Of a stretch of 64,000 nt of DNA, positions 36,734 through 46,514 are shown piece after piece; positions within the stretch are counted from its first letter, which is position 1, and each line of letters opens with the position of its first letter. The position numbers were made by a program, and so were the translations under genes. The notes beneath the pieces are model-generated. The model made no database searches. It saw nothing but the letters and a program-made list of their open reading frames with translations, and was not told the origin of the DNA. This stretch comes from an uncultured Bacilli bacterium. Lineage in GTDB: Bacteria > Bacillota_I > Bacilli_A > RF39 > UBA660. Location: contig CATYVZ010000006.1 in assembly GCA_958413985.1 (NCBI GenBank), forward strand, positions 2,072 through 66,071, given 5' to 3'.

Positions 36734-38476
36734 TTATAAAATATTGGTCTTATTTTTTATTTCTTCTTTTAGTTTATCGATAAACTCAAGTCTACTAATA
36801 GTGATAGTTTCCTCACTACCTATATGACGATAACTTATTAAATTATCATCAACTTCTTTTTGTCCTAACACCAAAGTATATGGATACTTGTTAATAACAC
36901 TTTCTCTCATTCGATAACCGACCTTTTCTTCGCGATTATCTAGTTCTACTCTGACACCATTGCTAAACAATTCATCGTAAATTTCCCTAGCATATTTTAA
37001 ATGATGTTCATTATTAACTGGAATAATGTTAACTTGAACTGGCGCTAACCAAGTTGGAAATGCTCCCGCATAATGTTCAGTAATGATACCAATGAATCTT
37101 TCGATCGAACCAAAGATAACGCGATGGAGCATGATCGGTCTTTTTTTACTTCCATCACTAGCAACATAGGTTAAATCAAATCGTTCAGGTAGATTCATAT
37201 CTAATTGAATCGTACCACATTGCCAAACTCTTCCTAATGAATCTTTGACATGAAAATCTAATTTAGGGCCATAGAAAGCGCCATCTCCCTGATTGATTTT
37301 GCATTCTTTACCTGTTTTCTTGCAAGCTTCTAACAAAGTTTTTTCAGATTTGTCCCAAACCTCAATACTGCCGATATATTTACTAGGACGAGTCGATAAT
37401 TCGATCGTATAAGATAAATTAAATATCGAATAGATGCGATCGATAAAATTGATTAATTTAATTATTTCTGATTCGATCTGTTCTTCCGTCATAAAAATAT
37501 GGGCATCATCTTGCGTAAAAGTTCTTACGCGAAATAGTCCATTTAAAGCCCCGCTTGCTTCGTGGCGATGAACAAGTCCTAATTCACCCATTCTTAAAGG
37601 GAGCTCTTTATAGGAATGTAAACCATTTTTATAAACTAACATACCACCTGGACAATTCATCGGTTTAATCGCAAATTCTTTTTCATCGATTAAAGAAGTA
37701 TACATATTTTCTTTGTAATTAGCCCAATGACCAGATACTTCCCATAGATCACGGTTCAACATAATTGGTGTTTTGATAAATAAATATCCTTCTTTAGTAT
37801 GTTCTTGATACCAAAAGTCTTCTAACTCTTTTCTTAGAACCATTCCTTTAGGCAACCAAAAAGGAAATCCCGGACCATATTCACTAAACATAAATAATCC
37901 TAAATCTTTACCTAATTTTTTGTGATCACGTTTTTTAGCTTCTTCTAAATAGTTTAGATGTTCTTGTAAAGCTTCTTCTGTGTCAAAACAAACGCCATAG
38001 ATTCTTTGAAGCATTTTATTTTTTGAGTCGCCTTTAAAATAAGCACCACTTACTTTAAGGAGTTTAAAGTTTTTAAGTAACTTAGTACTTTCGACATGTG
38101 GTCCTTTGCAAAGATCGGTAAAATCTCCTTGTGTATAACAAGAAATGACTGTATCATCACTCATATTGTTAATTAAGTCGATTTTATATGGATCATTTTT
38201 AAACAATTCCAAAGCTTCTTCTTTTTTTAATTCTTCACGATAAATTCGCTTGCCATCCTTAGCAAGTTTTTTCATCTCTTTTTCGATTTTTTCTAGGTCT
38301 TCTTCTTTAATTACTTCATCACCTAAATCGATATCATAGTAAAAACCTTCTTCGATAACCGGACCAACCCAGAATAGAGCTTTAGGATATAAATGTTTAA
38401 CGGCTTGCGCTAAAAGATGTGCACAACTATGATTTAAAATATTTAATTTTTCATCTTCTTTGATATTTTTTAACAT
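36734..38476 (-). CDS. thrS: threonyl-tRNA synthetase lacking the N-terminal TGS (N1) domain
   Basis: It begins at the editing-domain HSCAHLLAQA motif. Class II motifs and the anticodon-binding domain are present (580 aa). Confidence 0.85.
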   Translation of the reverse strand: MLKNIKEDEKLNILNHSCAHLLAQAVKHLYPKALFWVGPVIEEGFYYDIDLGDEVIKEEDLEKIEKEMKKLAKDGKRIYREELKKEEALELFKNDPYKIDLINNMSDDTVISCYTQGDFTDLCKGPHVESTKLLKNFKLLKVSGAYFKGDSKNKMLQRIYGVCFDTEEALQEHLNYLEEAKKRDHKKLGKDLGLFMFSEYGPGFPFWLPKGMVLRKELEDFWYQEHTKEGYLFIKTPIMLNRDLWEVSGHWANYKENMYTSLIDEKEFAIKPMNCPGGMLVYKNGLHSYKELPLRMGELGLVHRHEASGALNGLFRVRTFTQDDAHIFMTEEQIESEIIKLINFIDRIYSIFNLSYTIELSTRPSKYIGSIEVWDKSEKTLLEACKKTGKECKINQGDGAFYGPKLDFHVKDSLGRVWQCGTIQLDMNLPERFDLTYVASDGSKKRPIMLHRVIFGSIERFIGIITEHYAGAFPTWLAPVQVNIIPVNNEHHLKYAREIYDELFSNGVRVELDNREEKVGYRMRESVINKYPYTLVLGQKEVDDNLISYRHIGSEETITISRLEFIDKLKEEIKNKTNIL

Positions 38477-38948
38477 AATCTTTCCCTCCTAATTCATCTA
38501 TTTTCGATGATTTGTTAATTTCATCTAAAAGATCGATTGTTAATTCAATTTGTCTTTTTTCATACAGTAAAACCTGCATTTTACTCCACAAACTGATCAA
38601 CTTTGACAACTGATCTAAACGAACTTTTTTAAGTATTTTTATCTGTTCATCGATCGCTTCTAATTTTTCTAGTTTTCGTAATTCATCGGGATTAACGTAA
38701 GGAGCAATATTGTTGTAGCGATCGGTAACTAAAATGATTTTATTTGTCAATATTAGTTCCCGATTAGTCGAAGCAAACTCATAAGAAACAGTTACGACAT
38801 AAGGATTGTTAAAACTTTTTAAATCACGATGCGTCAATTTTTGACAATTTATGGTAATACCGTCATTTAAATAAAAAGTCACAAAATCACTGATACTAAT
38901 CGTATCTTTTTTTCTATCGAAAATATTTAAAGTTTTTTTGTTTTTCAT
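38451..38948 (-). CDS. hypothetical protein (165 aa) between the T-box leader and thrS, overlapping thrS by 26 nt
   Basis: ORF with an AGGGAG RBS immediately after the T-box terminator. No recognisable domain. Confidence 0.4.
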   Translation of the reverse strand: MKNKKTLNIFDRKKDTISISDFVTFYLNDGITINCQKLTHRDLKSFNNPYVVTVSYEFASTNRELILTNKIILVTDRYNNIAPYVNPDELRKLEKLEAIDEQIKILKKVRLDQLSKLISLWSKMQVLLYEKRQIELTIDLLDEINKSSKIDELGGKDYVKKYQRR

Positions 38949-38954
38949 ATACTA

Positions 38955-39185
38955 CTCCCTAAAAACAAAACACTCCTTTAAAACCAAGGAGTGTTTAAAC
39001 ACGGTACCATCCTAATTACGACTTAATTAAAATAACGGCTTTACCCGGAAATCTCTTTCGAGCTCTACTCATAGGTAGTAATTTTTAAACATCGTTTATT
39101 GGTCTTGCACTATCACCAACTCGCTAATAACTAATTTTAAAAACCATGTCCTAATCAACGTATTTAATTATATTCTAACACAAAG
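38955..39185 (-). promoter_or_regulatory. T-box riboswitch leader; candidate specifier ACC (Thr)
   Basis: Minus strand carries AATTAGGATGGTACCGTG (T-box consensus AATTAGGGTGGTACCGCG), then the terminator AACACTCCTTGGTTTTAAAGGAGTGTTTTGTTTTT. An upstream stem-I-like region has ...GCAAGACCAATAAA... A TTGACA-17-TAGAAT promoter lies at ~39171..39199. Confidence 0.6.
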
Positions 39186-39195
39186 ATGTGATTTG

Positions 39196-40452
39196 TCAAT
39201 AAGTATTTACTTTTAAATTATAATTATTTACCACTTTATCAGCTTGGTCTTGTGGAACTGTTATAGTGTCTTTATCACCATCTGATATATAACGGTTACC
39301 TTCTAATATTTTAAAATTCATCTCGATATCAAATTCTACACCATTGTTATCATATGCTCTGATCCTTTTAAGGAAAGTTGGATCGAATTTTGAACTAAAT
39401 GGCGAATAATCGGCTTCCCAACCAACTCTTAAAGTAGAGATGGTTTGATAGGTCTTATCATTATAGCTTCCATTTAAAATAGCACTGAAATTACTGTGAT
39501 CTTTATCGTATGGTGAGCCAAAAGGAAGAGCGACAATATTGACATATTTATTAGGAATGTATTTATCTAAAAGGTTATAAACGCTACCGATTTCATAAAC
39601 GGCTTTTTCTTTTGAAATGGTCGTAAAATCAGCATGAGAATAGCTATGATTACCAATATCATAACCATTGTCGACTAACCAATTTAATATTTTTTCATTA
39701 TATTGACTCTGTTGGAACAAGCCACCGTTTACAAAAAACGTTGCCGTCACATTGAAATCTGGATATTTCTTCTTAAATTGTTCTAAAACGCCAACCGCAG
39801 AATTAGGATCGATAATAATATTACCTTCTTCGTCTAATCCTGTTACTTTAATGTTGTTTTCTAAGCCATCGTCAAAAGTTAAAATAATTGGACTATATCC
39901 TGCTTCGACATCGATAATGCCATTGACATAGTCTTCTAGCCTGATCATTCGATAGCCACTGTTATAATAAAACTCTAAATCTTTAGCAAATGCGTCTTTG
40001 GTTCTTTGATAACCATCTTTATCGACGTTACCTCCAGTATATTCATTGTTGTCAATATTGTGAATGCCATGGTACATCATGATTGGAACATTACCTAATT
40101 CGTTTACCTTTAATTCTTCATAATTGATACCTAAAGAAACATACACTGTTAAAGTATCATTTTCTTTTATTTCTGTGTTAACAGCAATACTCTGTTTAAA
40201 AATCTTATCCTTTTCGACAATATTGTTTTGTTCTTCTAAAACTAAATTTAATTTGTGTTTATCAGCAAATTCTTTAGCCTCTAAAGCGGTTTTACCGGTT
40301 AGATCGATCATAAGAGTAGCTTCGTGATGCGGAACCAAAAAATAAATTAAGGCAAATACTATTATTATTAGAATAATTACTGCTAATAAAACACGGTTAA
40401 CATTTATTTTTCTTTTCATACTACCACCAATAGTTATTATACACCCAATCAA
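39196..40452 (-). CDS. membrane-anchored polysaccharide deacetylase (NodB homology; PdaA-like)
   Basis: TFDDG, ...HSYSHADF... motifs and an N-terminal TM. Confidence 0.65.
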   Translation of the reverse strand: MIGCIITIGGSMKRKINVNRVLLAVIILIIIVFALIYFLVPHHEATLMIDLTGKTALEAKEFADKHKLNLVLEEQNNIVEKDKIFKQSIAVNTEIKENDTLTVYVSLGINYEELKVNELGNVPIMMYHGIHNIDNNEYTGGNVDKDGYQRTKDAFAKDLEFYYNSGYRMIRLEDYVNGIIDVEAGYSPIILTFDDGLENNIKVTGLDEEGNIIIDPNSAVGVLEQFKKKYPDFNVTATFFVNGGLFQQSQYNEKILNWLVDNGYDIGNHSYSHADFTTISKEKAVYEIGSVYNLLDKYIPNKYVNIVALPFGSPYDKDHSNFSAILNGSYNDKTYQTISTLRVGWEADYSPFSSKFDPTFLKRIRAYDNNGVEFDIEMNFKILEGNRYISDGDKDTITVPQDQADKVVNNYNLKVNTY

Positions 40453-40490
40453 TAATTTTATATATACATAAAATAAAATAGGTGATTAAT

Positions 40491-40661
40491 ATGTTCAGAA
40501 GATGGAACCGTGGTACATGGTCGATCTGTTTATGTATCCTCGTTATTATTTTTTGTTGGCAAGTATTTATAACCTTCTTTATAATCACAAGATTTAATTT
40601 GTTTTTATTGTTTCTTTTATGGTTATTTATACTATATATCTTGTTTCGCATAATATGGTGA
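40491..40661 (+). CDS. candidate small hydrophobic membrane peptide (56 aa)
   Basis: AGGTGA RBS + 7 nt + ATG. Translates to MFRRWNRGTWSICLCILVIIFCWQVFITFFIITRFNLFLLFLLWLFILYILFRIIW. Not in the ORF track, probably too short. Confidence 0.3.
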   Translation: MFRRWNRGTWSICLCILVIIFCWQVFITFFIITRFNLFLLFLLWLFILYILFRIIW

Positions 40662-41522
40662 AATTAAGCTTTCTGTTTTGAATAAAATATCCATTTCCCG
40701 ACTAATTTCTCTTGTCATTTCATAGACACTTTTATTAAAATCAAGTTTGTCTGGTAAAGTAATTAAAATAAACAAAAGCTTTCTTTCATCTTTTTGTAAT
40801 GGGTAACTTTGTTCATAATGTTTTAAGATTTCTGAAAAATCATAATCTAAAGCATGATGTTTATATAAAACATAAAGATCGAAGATCGGAATTCCAATTT
40901 TTGATTTATCCCAACTGATCAAATAACTACTATCATTTTTTAAAAAATGACTTAAATCTAAATTATTATGTAATACTACTACGCGCTGTTTGGTTTTTTC
41001 TTTAACTAATTCATACCAATTTTCGACTTCGTAAGAGCAAAAGTTCAAAGCATTGAAAACACGCGATATATTGCGAGCCAGAAGATATTCGCTTGGGCTC
41101 ATATAGACATGGGTATCGATAAAGGTTATCATATCACTATAATAACTGTTTAAATATTCAATATTATTTTTAATATCTTCATATATTTGCTTATAATCAG
41201 CAAAATCAACTTCTTTATAATGTGTAGTCTTATTATGTAACAAACTAACTAAAGATATTAGATCTAACATTTTTTGTTCATTTGGATAGTCTAATTCTTC
41301 AATATATTCAATAATGTCATAATCTTCATTTTCCTCGTTGACAGTTTTAGGATAATAATCAAAACTCCGTGATTTTAAATAGTCGAAAATCTTTTTATCT
41401 TTGATATTTTTTTTTACTACAAAACGCCCCATCTGTGTATCAACGATAGTTGCTTTGCCAGTAGTCGTATAGCGATGGGGTTTTATTTGATATTTTTTTA
41501 AAATGTCATTAATTTGCTTCAT
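40632..41522 (-). CDS. CotS/aminoglycoside-phosphotransferase-like kinase family protein
   Basis: 296 aa with a kinase-like fold pattern (...HNNLDLSHFL..., ...DLYVLYKHH...). Weak assignment. Confidence 0.4.
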   Translation of the reverse strand: MKQINDILKKYQIKPHRYTTTGKATIVDTQMGRFVVKKNIKDKKIFDYLKSRSFDYYPKTVNEENEDYDIIEYIEELDYPNEQKMLDLISLVSLLHNKTTHYKEVDFADYKQIYEDIKNNIEYLNSYYSDMITFIDTHVYMSPSEYLLARNISRVFNALNFCSYEVENWYELVKEKTKQRVVVLHNNLDLSHFLKNDSSYLISWDKSKIGIPIFDLYVLYKHHALDYDFSEILKHYEQSYPLQKDERKLLFILITLPDKLDFNKSVYEMTREISREMDILFKTESLISPYYAKQDI

Positions 41523-42150
41523 AAACTGATGGAATAATTAGTTTATCGCCTATTTTAATATCACTGATATCATTATATTGTTCCAACATTTCTTTAGTTA
41601 TATTGTATTTTAAAACAATACTTTCGATCGTATCGCTTTCTTTGACGATACACACTTTATAAGTTGCATAAGTTTCATTTGAATCGTCGAAACTCTCGAA
41701 TAACGACTTGACATCTTCTGTATCTAATCTTGACATATCGGTCTGTTTAGCAACTTCTTGTGTCTGTTCGACTGGTTCAACTACTTTCTCAATTTTTTCT
41801 TCTTCATATTTAAAAGGTGGTAAGGCTTCTTCTTCTAAATTATCTAAACCAATTTCAATATTAACACTCAACAGATTATTATTTACTATCTCATAATAAA
41901 AATCATCAATATTGATCGTCATATCATCTAATTTGTAACGTCCACCAATTTCGATATTAACAGGAATAGTATAATTAAATTCTTCAGTATTGACACTAGT
42001 ATCGTTTATTTTATAGCTACCACTTACCGTCAAATCACCTTTGATTGTTCTATCTTCTAAGTTTAATTCATGATCTAAAGCAATGCTGGTGATTTCGGCT
42101 ACGTTAGTCTTAAAAGCTAGATCCTTCTTTAAAGGTACAATTTTTTTCAT
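41509..42150 (-). CDS. SpoVID/SipL-like protein: N-terminal SPOCS (DUF3794)-like beta domain with a C-terminal LysM
   Basis: C-terminal LysM (YKVCIVKESDTIESIVLKYNIT...IKIGDKLIIP) and a beta-rich N-terminus. Confidence 0.5.
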   Translation of the reverse strand: MKKIVPLKKDLAFKTNVAEITSIALDHELNLEDRTIKGDLTVSGSYKINDTSVNTEEFNYTIPVNIEIGGRYKLDDMTINIDDFYYEIVNNNLLSVNIEIGLDNLEEEALPPFKYEEEKIEKVVEPVEQTQEVAKQTDMSRLDTEDVKSLFESFDDSNETYATYKVCIVKESDTIESIVLKYNITKEMLEQYNDISDIKIGDKLIIPSVYEAN

Positions 42151-42200
42151 AACATCTCCTCCACTAAATTATATGAAAAAAAAGAATTTTTATTCTTTTC

Positions 42201-42923
42201 TTATTTTTTTAAAAGTTTATGGAAATTGTTAGTATTTCTTTGAATGAATTTCTTTTCAATTGATGTATGATTGGATTTTTTTATTTCATGTTTTTTATTT
42301 AAATCAATGATTTTTTTCACTCTTGTTCTGAATGTTTCATTTTCTAATATTTCAGGATATTCAGATAGTATAGCGTTTAAGCTATTAAAATAATACATAT
42401 CTATTTTAAATAAATCGATTTCTTCTTCGAAGTCTTTTTCTTTTATAAGATCAGAATGATAAGTTAATATTATATAATCATTACCCATTGATTCTTCAAC
42501 GATACCTTTATAATTTTCGTATTCATCTTCATCGATACTGATATCTTTTGTAATATTAAATCTTTTAACAATTTCGCAAAGATAATATTCCTCATCTTCG
42601 ATTTCTTTAGCGACATTTAAGATGATGATAGCATCATTAAATATCTCGTTAATTCTACTTTTTTCTTCTAAAGTAAAATTATTGTTTTCCTTAATATATT
42701 CTATTATTCGATAAGCTTTATCTTTAACTTTTGGAGTTAAAAACTTAGCTTCAGCTACAAAAGTTTTTAAATAGCTGACAAATTCTATGGCAAAATTAAT
42801 ATTCAAGATACTATTATCATATACATGCTCTTTAATTATTTTTTCAAAAATATAATCATTATGAAGAACAAATTGAATAAATTTAACTTGAATATAGTCA
42901 TCTAGATTATTATCGTTTGTCAT
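42201..42923 (-). CDS. hypothetical acidic protein (240 aa)
   Basis: ORF only. Confidence 0.4.
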   Translation of the reverse strand: MTNDNNLDDYIQVKFIQFVLHNDYIFEKIIKEHVYDNSILNINFAIEFVSYLKTFVAEAKFLTPKVKDKAYRIIEYIKENNNFTLEEKSRINEIFNDAIIILNVAKEIEDEEYYLCEIVKRFNITKDISIDEDEYENYKGIVEESMGNDYIILTYHSDLIKEKDFEEEIDLFKIDMYYFNSLNAILSEYPEILENETFRTRVKKIIDLNKKHEIKKSNHTSIEKKFIQRNTNNFHKLLKK

Positions 42924-45222
42924 TTATAAACACCTCATATACTTCCTTAAAATTTTTTACTTTAATAAATTTTATTTTATCTTTAACTTCGCTAGGTAAT
43001 TCGATTACATCTTTTTCGTTATCGCTAGGAATAATCACTGTTTTAATGCCACTTCTTAACGCACCGATTGTTTTTTCTTTTAAACCACCGATCGCTAAAA
43101 CCTTTCCTCTTAAAGTTATTTCACCGGTTAAAGCTAAATCGCTAGCAATTTTTTGATTTGTCAATGCACTTAAAATAGCTAAAGTTAAAGCGATACCTGC
43201 ACTAGGACCATCCTTTTTAATCGCACCTTCAGGAACATGAATATGGATATCGTTATCGATCAACTTATCATAATTTATGTGATATTTTTTGTAATTAGAT
43301 TTTAGATAACTAAGAGCGATCGAAGCACTTTCTTTCATCACTTCTCCTAAACTACCAGTTAAAATTAAATTACCTTTCCCCTTAAAGTAATTGACTTCGA
43401 TTGGTAGAATATCACCGCCATAGACAGTATAAGCAAGACCGTTAACTACTCCAACTTGACTTTTATTTTTTAAATTGTATTTATATTTTTCTTTTCCCAA
43501 ATACTTTTCTAAAACTTTCTCATCAATATTAACCTTATTGATTTTAATGTTATTAATTAATATTTGAGTCACTACTTTACGAATGATTTTATCTAATTGT
43601 CTTTCTAATTCTCTTACGCCTGCTTCTTTCGTATAATTTCTAATTATTTTTAAAACAACATCATCTTTAATCGTAATGAAATCAGCTTTCAAACCATTTT
43701 TAGCAATTATTTTAGGAATGAGATGATTAGTTGCTATATCTAATTTTTCAAATTCAGTATATCCTGAAATATCGATTATTTCTAAACGATCTTTTAAAGC
43801 TTCAGGAATATTTTCAATATAATTAGCGGTTAGAATAAATAAGACATTAGATAAATCAAATTCTTCTTCGATATAATTATCACTAAAGTATTTATTTTGT
43901 TCAGGATCTAAAACACTTAACAAACTGCTAGTTGGATCACCTTTATAGTCACTACTCATTTTGTCAATTTCATCGATCAAAAGTAACGGATTGGAACTTT
44001 TAGCCTTTTTCATTGAACTGATAATGCGTCCTGGACTAGCTCCGATATAAGTTTTACGATGACCAATTATCTCAGCTTCATCTCTAATTCCGCCGACTGT
44101 TATTTTGACAAAATTACGATTGATCGCACGAGCAATACTAAAAGCTAAGCTTGTCTTCCCAACACCAGGAGGACCAACTAAACAAATGATTGGGCTATTA
44201 GCGTCTTTACTCATTTGCTTAACAGCTAAGTATTCGATTATCCGTTGTTTAACTTCCTCTAAGCCATAATGGGACTCGTCCAAACTTTGTCTAACTTGTC
44301 TTAAGTTATTGTTATCAGTGGTGAAATTATTCCAAGGTAAAGCTAACAACCATTCAATATAATCTCTTATTATACTAGTTTCAGGTGATGTACTAATCGA
44401 AGTCTCATAACGTTTTAATTCAGCTGATAGTCGTTCTTTTACTTTTAAAGGACAATTTAAATCAGCTATTTTTTTTCTTAAGTCGTCGATTTCATTTTCC
44501 TTACTTAAGGTGTCACCTAATTCCTCTTTAATCATCTTCATCTTTTCGCGCAATAAAAATTCTTTTTGAGTTTCATCCATTTCTTTTTTTACACGCATAT
44601 CAAGATTTCTTTCGATATTGAATATTTCCTTTTCGCGATAAATATCTTGCAATAACATCTCACTTCTTTTTAGCGGATCACTAGTATTTAAGTATTTTAA
44701 AATTCTATCTTTTGACGCAATCAAAGTAGGAACGACGATATCAGTAAAACTATCAAGTTTCTTTTCGTTTTCAATCAAAGAAATAATACTGTTACTAATA
44801 TACGGAATATTTTTAATATAAGTTTTAATTTCTTTCATCAATTTATTGATTATTATTTCTTCGTTTTCAACAGGCTTTAATTCGATCTCACTAACAATAG
44901 ATTCAAGCGGTTCTTTTGTTTTAGTCAAATTTAAAAATTCTAAAGTTTTGACTCGCCTTAAACCTTTTATATCGACACGCATATTACCGTTAGGTAACTT
45001 TATGCTGTTTTCAATTTTCGATAAAACACCAATTTCATTAGTATTAGCTGGATTATATTCACTAACTACTAATATATATCCATTATGAAGTAATAACGCC
45101 ATATCGATAACATTATTATCGATATTTTTATTATCAAATTCTAATTTTAAAGTATTTTGTGGTAACAAAACTATCCCTTTTAAAAGAATAACTGGTAAGT
45201 TATATTTCTGCATTTCGGTCAC
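42910..45222 (-). CDS. lon: ATP-dependent Lon protease
   Basis: LON N-domain, AAA+ (GPPGVGKTS) and S16 protease domain (...DGPSAGIA...). Confidence 0.9.
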   Translation of the reverse strand: MTEMQKYNLPVILLKGIVLLPQNTLKLEFDNKNIDNNVIDMALLLHNGYILVVSEYNPANTNEIGVLSKIENSIKLPNGNMRVDIKGLRRVKTLEFLNLTKTKEPLESIVSEIELKPVENEEIIINKLMKEIKTYIKNIPYISNSIISLIENEKKLDSFTDIVVPTLIASKDRILKYLNTSDPLKRSEMLLQDIYREKEIFNIERNLDMRVKKEMDETQKEFLLREKMKMIKEELGDTLSKENEIDDLRKKIADLNCPLKVKERLSAELKRYETSISTSPETSIIRDYIEWLLALPWNNFTTDNNNLRQVRQSLDESHYGLEEVKQRIIEYLAVKQMSKDANSPIICLVGPPGVGKTSLAFSIARAINRNFVKITVGGIRDEAEIIGHRKTYIGASPGRIISSMKKAKSSNPLLLIDEIDKMSSDYKGDPTSSLLSVLDPEQNKYFSDNYIEEEFDLSNVLFILTANYIENIPEALKDRLEIIDISGYTEFEKLDIATNHLIPKIIAKNGLKADFITIKDDVVLKIIRNYTKEAGVRELERQLDKIIRKVVTQILINNIKINKVNIDEKVLEKYLGKEKYKYNLKNKSQVGVVNGLAYTVYGGDILPIEVNYFKGKGNLILTGSLGEVMKESASIALSYLKSNYKKYHINYDKLIDNDIHIHVPEGAIKKDGPSAGIALTLAILSALTNQKIASDLALTGEITLRGKVLAIGGLKEKTIGALRSGIKTVIIPSDNEKDVIELPSEVKDKIKFIKVKNFKEVYEVFINDKR

Positions 45223-45297
45223 TTCCTTTAAAATATGTTATTTATTATAGCATATTTTAAATTTTTGTCCACAAATTTTGATATATTACTGCTTTAT

Positions 45298-46143
45298 TTA
45301 TTCATCTAATAACTCAGCTAATGTGACAATATCTAAATCCTTAGAATGAATGTATTCGATAATAAGTGAAAGTTCATTGTTTAATTGATCGTTTATTTTT
45401 AACGATATGATACTGCCACTAGTCATATTTTTTTTAATTGTAATAAGTGGATACTTATCGACAATAAGGCTAGGTTTGATAGTATAGCTACGATTATTAT
45501 TACAGATATTTAAAATATCAGCGTTATTTTCTTCGACATAACAGTAAGTTGCATTTTGATGGCCGACTTTGGTAACGATCGTATTCATCCAACTGATACC
45601 AGATGTATCGTATCGATAGTTATAACCTAAATTACCGATGACATGACCATCCTCGATCATACTAATTATTTTTTCGTTATTTTGTTCAAACCAATTACCA
45701 TCGACATAAAAGGTAGCCTTTATATCATACTTTTTTAAAACAGCTATTATTTTATCAATATTAGTTCGATTCTCAACTAAAAATAGTAGACCAACTTCTT
45801 TTTTACTTTTATTGCCACTTATTATATATTTATCATATACACCACTGACACTCACATTTGGCTTTACATCTTCGTAAACTAATAAGTTACTATTAAAAGT
45901 GTTTACTTTCTTCATCTTTTTATAACTGCTGTTAACATCGATCTTACTACCTGAAACACCGGGAATGATAGTATCACCATCGATAACTGCATCGATGGCC
46001 TCTACTTTATATTGTTGTTTTATTTCTTCTATTTGTTTTAAAAGATCGTCGTTTCCTCTAATAACTGTACTAATTTTTTCAGTATAAAAAAAACTGAAAC
46101 AAACTAAACTTATTAAACCGATCACTTCAAATATTTTTTTCAA
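45298..46143 (-). CDS. polysaccharide deacetylase family protein (PdaB/YlxY-like)
   Basis: N-terminal TM and a degenerate NodB-like region (...ATFYVDGNWFEQN...GHVIGNLGYN...). Confidence 0.5.
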   Translation of the reverse strand: MKKIFEVIGLISLVCFSFFYTEKISTVIRGNDDLLKQIEEIKQQYKVEAIDAVIDGDTIIPGVSGSKIDVNSSYKKMKKVNTFNSNLLVYEDVKPNVSVSGVYDKYIISGNKSKKEVGLLFLVENRTNIDKIIAVLKKYDIKATFYVDGNWFEQNNEKIISMIEDGHVIGNLGYNYRYDTSGISWMNTIVTKVGHQNATYCYVEENNADILNICNNNRSYTIKPSLIVDKYPLITIKKNMTSGSIISLKINDQLNNELSLIIEYIHSKDLDIVTLAELLDE

Positions 46144-46231
46144 AATATCACCTAATAAATTATATGACTTTCATACTATATTTTCACCTTTTTAGTCATT
46201 TTTCATAGTATAAAATGAAAGGAGTAATACT

Positions 46232-46462
46232 ATGTATCAAAATGTACCTATAAATTATCAAAATATGCCAGCAAACTATCAAGTTAATCCAAAATACCCA
46301 AATGATGATAGATTAGTTGGGGGATTTGTCTTTCCATTTCTTTTAGGTGGCGTAACTGGAGCAGCTTTGGCTCCAAATTTCTGGCGACCTCCATACAATC
46401 GACCAGTATATCCATACCCACCTTATCCTTACTACCCGCCTTATGGCCCATATTACCGTTAA
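46232..46462 (+). CDS. Tyr/Pro-rich small protein (spore-coat-like low-complexity peptide)
   Basis: GGAG RBS. C-terminus PPYNRPVYPYPPYPYYPPYGPYYR, followed by a bidirectional terminator. Confidence 0.5.
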   Translation: MYQNVPINYQNMPANYQVNPKYPNDDRLVGGFVFPFLLGGVTGAALAPNFWRPPYNRPVYPYPPYPYYPPYGPYYR

Positions 46463-46497
46463 AACTAGAGCAATCTAGTTTTTATTTTAAAAAAAAA

Positions 46498-46514
46498 TAG
46501 ACCTTTGTGGTCTA
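46498..46514. terminator. bidirectional rho-independent terminator hairpin shared by 46232..46462 (+) and rny (-)
   Basis: tagacc-tttgt-ggtcta stem-loop flanked by A-run/T-run. Confidence 0.55.

Noticed and set aside
40421-40651. 76-aa minus-strand ORF
   Set aside because: Overlaps the deacetylase start. It has no RBS and a basic low-complexity product. The opposite-strand 56-aa peptide has better translation signals.
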